Positions 58,451-64,000 of a DNA stretch of 64,000 nt are shown here, in pieces. The stretch comes from Geopsychrobacteraceae bacterium (lineage in GTDB: Bacteria; Desulfobacterota; Desulfuromonadia; Desulfuromonadales; Geopsychrobacteraceae): NCBI GenBank assembly GCA_963662315.1, contig OY759353.1, positions 416,001-480,000 on the forward strand, given 5' to 3'. Positions within the stretch are counted from its first letter, which is position 1. Each line of letters starts with the position of its first letter. Made by a program: the position numbers and the translations under genes. The notes under the pieces were generated by a model that did no database searches, was not told where the DNA came from, and saw only the letters and a program-made list of their open reading frames with translations.

Positions 58451-60898
58451 ATGCATAATTATTCACTCCCTGTTTATGGAATGAAATGTTCCAAATGTGT
58501 TGCCCGGGTTACCGAGATTATTGAACAGTTTCCTGAAGTTGACAGTGTTACCGTATCTTTGCCAGATGCCGCTGCCGAGATTGTCTTCTCCTGCTCTGAA
58601 ACACCCGTTTCTGACATCATTAATCGTCTTGTAGAGGCAGGTTTCAGCTGTTCCGGGTCCGCTCCTGATGTCGCTGGGGCTGACGTTTCAACCGCATCCG
58701 GAACGGGCTCTCTCCCCTTTGCTGATGAGACTGAGATTCTTCGCTTTCCCGTGTCTGGAATGCATTGCGCTTCATGCGTTGCAACGGTGGAAAAAAGGAT
58801 CAGGCAACTTAGCGGTGTCAGCAGCGTGGCCGTTAATCTTGCTACTAATTCTGCCCAGGTTGTTTTTTCACCGGGTGTTGTTACCGCGAGTGACATCTAT
58901 CAGGCTGTTGATAATGCTGGTTTTAAGGCGGTGCGTGAAGGTGACCAGATTGAAGACCGGTCTGGGCTGGAAAAACGTCTGGTATTCTTGGCGGCCGGAT
59001 GTGCCGTGCCGATTATGCTGCTAATGTATTTCCCTGTGTTTGGCGCAGCGACGTTAACGGTTAATGCCCTGTTGGCCTCTGTCTCTCAATTTACAGCGGG
59101 TCTTGGGTTTTACAGCAGTGCCTTTAAGTCTCTGCGCAATCGTAGCGCAAATATGGATGTTCTTGTTGCGCTTGGAATTACTGCTGCTTATGGCTATTCG
59201 GTGTTGGCGTTCTGTGGATTTCTCGGAGCCGGGGCCAGCGTTTTTTTCGAAACCAGCGCTATGCTGATCCTGTTCATCCGTTTTGGAAAATGGCTGGAAG
59301 CCAGAGCCAAAGGGCGTGCCAGTGCTGCACTTAAAAATCTGCTGCAGCTGCAACCGACAACGGCGATTCTATTGACCGATGGTAATGAACAGCAGGTTGA
59401 TGTTGAGACGTTGCAGCCCGGCGATGTTGTTGTGGTGCGTCCAGGAGAAAAAATTCCGGTAGATGGGGAGGTCGTTGCCGGAGAATCTGCTGTAGATGAA
59501 TCAATGATTACTGGCGAGTCGGTACCCGTTCACAAGGATATCGGAGCCAAGGTTATCGGCGCAACCATGAATCACAGTGGCAGGTTGCTAATTAAGGCGA
59601 CCAGTGTCGGTCAACAAGCTGTCCTGGCCCAGATTGTTCGCATGGTCGAAAATGCACAGGGGGATAAACCGCCGATCCAGCGCCTTGCTGACCGAATTTC
59701 CGGAATTTTTGTCCCTGTCGTGGTTATTCTTTCCGGTCTGACATTTGCTGGCTGGCTTGTTGCTGGCAGGGATTTCCTTTTTGCCTTTCAGATGGCGGTT
59801 GCTGTTGTGGTTGTGGCTTGCCCCTGTGCCTTGGGTTTGGCGACGCCGACCGCTATTATGGTCGGTAGTTCGGTTGGGCTTGAACTCGGAATATTATTTA
59901 AAAAAGCAACTGCTCTTGAGCTGATTTCGGGATTGGATATTCTGTTGCTCGATAAAACCGGTACGCTGACATATGGGCGCTTTCGCTGTGAAGAGATTGT
60001 TCAAGTCGGCGATCTCCCTCTGGATGAGTGGTTTGCCCTGGCCGCATCACTAGAATCTGCCAGCGCCCATCCCTTGGCCAAAAGTATCGTATCAGAAGCG
60101 CAACAACGCGGTTTAGCCATTACGCCTCCCTCTGCCGTCATTGAACGTGGTGGGCACGGTTTAACTGGAAAGATCAATGGAGTGGACGTCCTGTGTGGTA
60201 ACCGGACGTTACTTGAAAAATCAGGCATCAAGGTGGAGGTAGCAGATCTTCCTGACCTGCCTGGCGGAAGTTCTGCTATTTTTGCTGCTGTTTCCGGTAA
60301 GCTGCAGGGCATTATCTGTCTTGTTGATGAAATCAAAAGTGACGCCGCAGGCTTCGTTGGGTATATTCAGCGATTGGGGATTGAGCCGGTTGTGGTCAGT
60401 GGTGATCGTCGCTCAGCTGCAACAAGGGTTGCAGATCTGCTGAAAATAGAGAAGATTGAAGCTGAAGTTCTTCCTGAGCATAAACAGGACGTAGTGAAAC
60501 GCTATCAACAGCGTGGCCACAAGGTTGGCATGGTCGGAGACGGGATTAATGATGCGCCTGCTCTAGCTCAGGCAGATATCGGCATTGCCATCGGTAGTGG
60601 GACTGATGTTGCCAAAGAGACCGGGGATCTGGTGATTGTCGGCGACAATCTGACGGATATCGCCCGGGCGATTGTTCTTGGCCGGCTGACGTTGTTGAAA
60701 ATTAAACAGAACCTGTTCTGGGCATTCTTTTATAATCTGCTGGGGATTCCTCTTGCCGCAGGATTGTTTTTCCCCTGGTTCGGTTTATATCTGAAACCTG
60801 AGTTTGCCGGCCTGGCCATGGCGTTTTCCAGCGTTTCTGTTGTTGGAAACAGTCTTTTGTTGCGGCGCAGTAAAATGCGTCTAAAGCACATTGAATAA
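58451..60898 (+). CDS. copA: Cu(I)-translocating P1B-type ATPase
   Basis: Two HMA CxxC domains, [24 protein letters not shown] and MAFSS. Confidence 0.93.
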   Translation: MHNYSLPVYGMKCSKCVARVTEIIEQFPEVDSVTVSLPDAAAEIVFSCSETPVSDIINRLVEAGFSCSGSAPDVAGADVSTASGTGSLPFADETEILRFPVSGMHCASCVATVEKRIRQLSGVSSVAVNLATNSAQVVFSPGVVTASDIYQAVDNAGFKAVREGDQIEDRSGLEKRLVFLAAGCAVPIMLLMYFPVFGAATLTVNALLASVSQFTAGLGFYSSAFKSLRNRSANMDVLVALGITAAYGYSVLAFCGFLGAGASVFFETSAMLILFIRFGKWLEARAKGRASAALKNLLQLQPTTAILLTDGNEQQVDVETLQPGDVVVVRPGEKIPVDGEVVAGESAVDESMITGESVPVHKDIGAKVIGATMNHSGRLLIKATSVGQQAVLAQIVRMVENAQGDKPPIQRLADRISGIFVPVVVILSGLTFAGWLVAGRDFLFAFQMAVAVVVVACPCALGLATPTAIMVGSSVGLELGILFKKATALELISGLDILLLDKTGTLTYGRFRCEEIVQVGDLPLDEWFALAASLESASAHPLAKSIVSEAQQRGLAITPPSAVIERGGHGLTGKINGVDVLCGNRTLLEKSGIKVEVADLPDLPGGSSAIFAAVSGKLQGIICLVDEIKSDAAGFVGYIQRLGIEPVVVSGDRRSAATRVADLLKIEKIEAEVLPEHKQDVVKRYQQRGHKVGMVGDGINDAPALAQADIGIAIGSGTDVAKETGDLVIVGDNLTDIARAIVLGRLTLLKIKQNLFWAFFYNLLGIPLAAGLFFPWFGLYLKPEFAGLAMAFSSVSVVGNSLLLRRSKMRLKHIE

Positions 60899-61044
60899 GA
60901 ACTAAGTATTTTAATTTACTAGGCTATCATCGTAATGTCGTGCGAATTATGGACGCCACCGCTCAAGGCTGCTATGATGCCGCAGTGTCTTTTTCTGATT
61001 CAGAGCTTAAGGCAGTTAGTCAGGTTTATGTCCTTTAAGGAGTC

Positions 61045-62148
61045 TTGATTTTAATGAATCTTCAAGAAGAGCCCTCTCTGGCGGAACAGGAATGTCCATT
61101 GGTCAGTCAAAATGGTCATCAGGTGTTTGATCTGGTTGAATGGGCCAGGGGCCGCGGGAAAATACTCATCGTTACCCATGACAATCCGGATCCTGATTCT
61201 ATCGCTTCTGCCGTAGCCTTAAGGCATCTGTTTCTGGTGAAAACTGGTCAGGATGCGGTATTGACTTATGGTGGTGTGATCGGACGTAGCGAGAACCGGA
61301 ATATGGTCAATTTGCTTGAAATCCCTCTCGTTCCCATTGCCGATGTCAAGATTGATCAGTTTGCCATTGTCTGTATGGTTGATACGCAGCCCCAGACTGG
61401 GAATAATTCCTTTCCGACGGGGTATCCTGTCCATTTGGTTATCGATCATCACCAGCCAAAACGTGATCTGAATGATGTTTGCTGGGTTGATATCAGGGAG
61501 CATTATGGTGCTTCGGCAACGATCTTGTACGAATACCTTACTCTGCTGCAGGTATCTATCAATACACGCCTGGCAACCAGTCTATTTTATGCAATTAAGT
61601 CAGAAACGCAGGATCTGGGGCGAGAATGGTCAAAGGCCGATCGGGAAGCCTACCTGAAGTTGCTGCCCTTATCAAACAACAGGATTCTTTACGATATTAT
61701 TCACCCTCGCGTGTCACGCAATTATTTTGCCGCTTTTCGCACTGCCCTGGATAATGCCTGTCTGTATGGTAACGCATTGGTCTTTAATCTGTTAAAGGTT
61801 GAAAGTCCCGACCTGGTTGCTGAATTAGCCGATTTTCTGTTGCGCCAGGAAGGTATTGAGTATGTTCTGGGGATGGGCTGGTTCAACGGCGATGAGATCT
61901 TGTCCATGCGTACTGTTAACGCTGAAGCGCGTCTCGGTTCTGTTATCCAGAAAATGGTCGAGGGGATCGGTACTGCGGGGGGGCATGGGATGATCGCCGG
62001 AGGGCAGATTCGGCAGACGTCGGCGGCCTTAGAAGATCAGAAAAAACTGCAACAGCTTTTGACCGAAAAAATGTTGAGCGCACTGAATATTCCAACATGT
62101 CATCCGCAACCACTGATCGCAAACGATGCCGGGACGTTGACCGATTGA
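61045..62148 (+). CDS. DHH-family phosphoesterase
   Basis: THDNPDPD, IDHH and AGGH. Confidence 0.88.
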   Translation: MILMNLQEEPSLAEQECPLVSQNGHQVFDLVEWARGRGKILIVTHDNPDPDSIASAVALRHLFLVKTGQDAVLTYGGVIGRSENRNMVNLLEIPLVPIADVKIDQFAIVCMVDTQPQTGNNSFPTGYPVHLVIDHHQPKRDLNDVCWVDIREHYGASATILYEYLTLLQVSINTRLATSLFYAIKSETQDLGREWSKADREAYLKLLPLSNNRILYDIIHPRVSRNYFAAFRTALDNACLYGNALVFNLLKVESPDLVAELADFLLRQEGIEYVLGMGWFNGDEILSMRTVNAEARLGSVIQKMVEGIGTAGGHGMIAGGQIRQTSAALEDQKKLQQLLTEKMLSALNIPTCHPQPLIANDAGTLTD

Positions 62149-62198
62149 CACATTGTTAATGGGTGAGCTATAAACGATCGGCTTTGACAGGAGATTCA

Positions 62199-63293
62199 AT
62201 GCGTTTACTTTTAACTATAATATGTCTGCTTTGCAGTATTCATACGGCTATGGCTGCCGTCGAGCTGGGTATTCGGGGACATGATGCGATAGTGCTTGAT
62301 GATGTCTACCAACAGGATGGCATTGCCTATGTTGCTATCGATGATGTTTTGCCTGCCGTAGGCTTAAGCGGTCATTGGGATTCTATCAAGCATATTTATC
62401 GGATAAGAACGACACGTGGCTGGGCCGAGATTTCCCCTGCAAGCGGTTTTGTTAAAGTGGGGGATGTTTATTATCCGATCAAGGATAAGCCTCGTTTTAT
62501 CGATGGACGTCTCAGAATCACAGATTCTTTCGTACAAAACCAGTTAGCTCAGTTATCCGGGCGCAGCATTATTTTTCGCAATCTGAATCCCCAAACCAAC
62601 AATGCTCCTCAGCATGATGAAGGAGCCATGGATAAGTTATTTTCATTTCTGTTGCGACGTAAACCCCCCAAATCAAATGATCCACTAATTCGGGCCGTTG
62701 CTATAGATCCCGGTCACGGTGGTCTGGATACAGGGGTTCTTGGAACTTCGGGGATTAAGGAAAAAACGTTAACCCTCAGCATTGCTCAAAAGCTTGAGAA
62801 ACAGATAAAAATGCAATCTGGCATTCCGGTGTACTTGAGCCGCGATGGTGATTACGATCTTTCCGTGGAAGATAGGTTTAACGCGGCGTCAAAAGAAGAC
62901 GTCGATGTCTGGGTGTTGATCCATGCCGGGGCCTCGTTTTCAGAAAATATAAAGGGGGTTAATCTGTTTATCCGGCCGCTTCAAACTGGCAGCACAGGCT
63001 CTCAATCCGCTGAGTCTCTGGTTGATCACAGTTTGCTGCTGGCGGAAGAAGTTGCTGTTGCTTTGGAACAGCAAGGGATTTTTCTGCATGGAATATTTCG
63101 TTCATCGCGTCTGTCTTTAGGGCAAGGTGAGCTTCCGACTGTACTTATTGAAGTTGGTCAACTGAGTAATTCGCAGGATCTGGAACAATTACAAAGGGGA
63201 GAGTATCAGAACCAGTTGGTTGAGGCTGTTTATACTGGTATCAAACAATACGCGACCCGCATCAAGGAGCAGGAAAATGGATCAGGAAAATAA
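62199..63293 (+). CDS. N-acetylmuramoyl-L-alanine amidase (Amidase_3) family
   Basis: AGGAG RBS, signal peptide, IDPGHGG, EK, LIHA and VLIEVG. Confidence 0.85.
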   Translation: MRLLLTIICLLCSIHTAMAAVELGIRGHDAIVLDDVYQQDGIAYVAIDDVLPAVGLSGHWDSIKHIYRIRTTRGWAEISPASGFVKVGDVYYPIKDKPRFIDGRLRITDSFVQNQLAQLSGRSIIFRNLNPQTNNAPQHDEGAMDKLFSFLLRRKPPKSNDPLIRAVAIDPGHGGLDTGVLGTSGIKEKTLTLSIAQKLEKQIKMQSGIPVYLSRDGDYDLSVEDRFNAASKEDVDVWVLIHAGASFSENIKGVNLFIRPLQTGSTGSQSAESLVDHSLLLAEEVAVALEQQGIFLHGIFRSSRLSLGQGELPTVLIEVGQLSNSQDLEQLQRGEYQNQLVEAVYTGIKQYATRIKEQENGSGK

Positions 63294-64000
63294 TAGCGTG
63301 CGCAATGATGGACGTAACGCAGACCAGTTACGCTCTATCGAATTTCAGCGTGGCTTTACCAAATATGCAGAAGGATCGGTGCTGGTTTGCTGTGGCGAAA
63401 CGAAAGTGCTGTGCAATGCTTCGGTGGAAGAGCGGGTTCCGCCATTTATGCGTGGTGAGGGACGTGGTTGGGTGACTGCAGAGTATAGCATGTTGCCTCG
63501 CGCGACCCATTCCCGCTCTATGCGTGAAGCTGCTAAAGGGAAGCTGACTGGCCGGACTCAGGAAATTCAGCGCCTGATCGGACGGTCTTTGCGGGCCATA
63601 ACTGATCTTGAAGCGTTGGGCGAGATCACGGTCCAGATTGATTGTGATGTCCTTCAGGCTGACGGTGGTACCCGCACTGCATCAATCACCGGTGCCTATG
63701 TGGCACTGTATGATGCTCTGGCCGGGTTGGTCAAAAAAGGGACTTTGAAAAGCTTGCCACTGAAAGACAGTGTCTCCGCCATCAGTGTTGGCATCGTTAA
63801 TGGTGTGCCGCTGCTTGACCTGAATTATGGGGAAGATTCCAATGCCGATGTCGATATGAACTTTGTCATAACCGGAGATGGTCGGTTTGTTGAAGTTCAA
63901 GGGACTGCGGAAGAAGTTCCCTTTTCCATGGAAGAACTAGACGCCTTACGTGACCTGGCTCTCAAAGGGTGTCGTGAATTACGTGAATTGCAACAGCGGG
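63277..64000 (+). CDS. rph: Ribonuclease PH (runs off the window end)
   Basis: Translated by hand: DGRNADQLR...AEGSVL...[14 protein letters not shown]...[11 protein letters not shown]...[11 protein letters not shown]. Confidence 0.96.
   Translation, partial: MDQENNSVRNDGRNADQLRSIEFQRGFTKYAEGSVLVCCGETKVLCNASVEERVPPFMRGEGRGWVTAEYSMLPRATHSRSMREAAKGKLTGRTQEIQRLIGRSLRAITDLEALGEITVQIDCDVLQADGGTRTASITGAYVALYDALAGLVKKGTLKSLPLKDSVSAISVGIVNGVPLLDLNYGEDSNADVDMNFVITGDGRFVEVQGTAEEVPFSMEELDALRDLALKGCRELRELQQR

Noticed and set aside
62199..63293. Amidase as a catalytically dead pseudoenzyme
   Set aside because: The Zn ligands (H, E, H) and the catalytic Glu appear to be retained despite divergent flanks.

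Overview
A 64-kb chromosomal segment of moderate GC, probably from a deltaproteobacterium of the Desulfuromonadales type. That placement is an inference from the gene order, the GEMM riboswitches, the PEP-CTERM protein and selenoprotein use. The left ~27 kb is accessory: the 3' part of opgH, a six-gene NosL/ABC/Cys-His membrane protein cluster with no nosZ in the window, an uncharacterised three-gene operon (Tat lipoprotein, beta-rich orphan, HEAT protein), an acyl-CoA dehydrogenase, divergent ilvC/ilvY, a SelW/Rdx selenoprotein missed by the ORF track, a DEDDh exonuclease, a sigma54-driven vWA PEP-CTERM protein, a WYL regulator with a putative operator and orphan target gene, maf, tandem c-di-GMP-I riboswitches ahead of a large Ig-repeat surface protein and a lipoprotein, DUF3422 and guaC. 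The right ~37 kb is core housekeeping: dnaE, accA, rlpA, csp, yicC-gmk-rpoZ-rel-ridA, rpmB, purMN, rimI, pyrK-pyrD, a tRNA nucleotidyltransferase, scpAB, rluB, TPR plus ExeA-like ATPase, mutL-miaA-hfq, copA, an amidase and rph. The best leads are the hidden selenoprotein, the tandem riboswitches with predicted OFF logic, the WYL operator/orphan module, the Tat/orphan/HEAT operon, the NosL cluster and a Rel enzyme with a degenerate hydrolase site. I saw no rRNA, tRNA, CRISPR array or transposase. All product calls come from motif recognition by eye; no database search was run.
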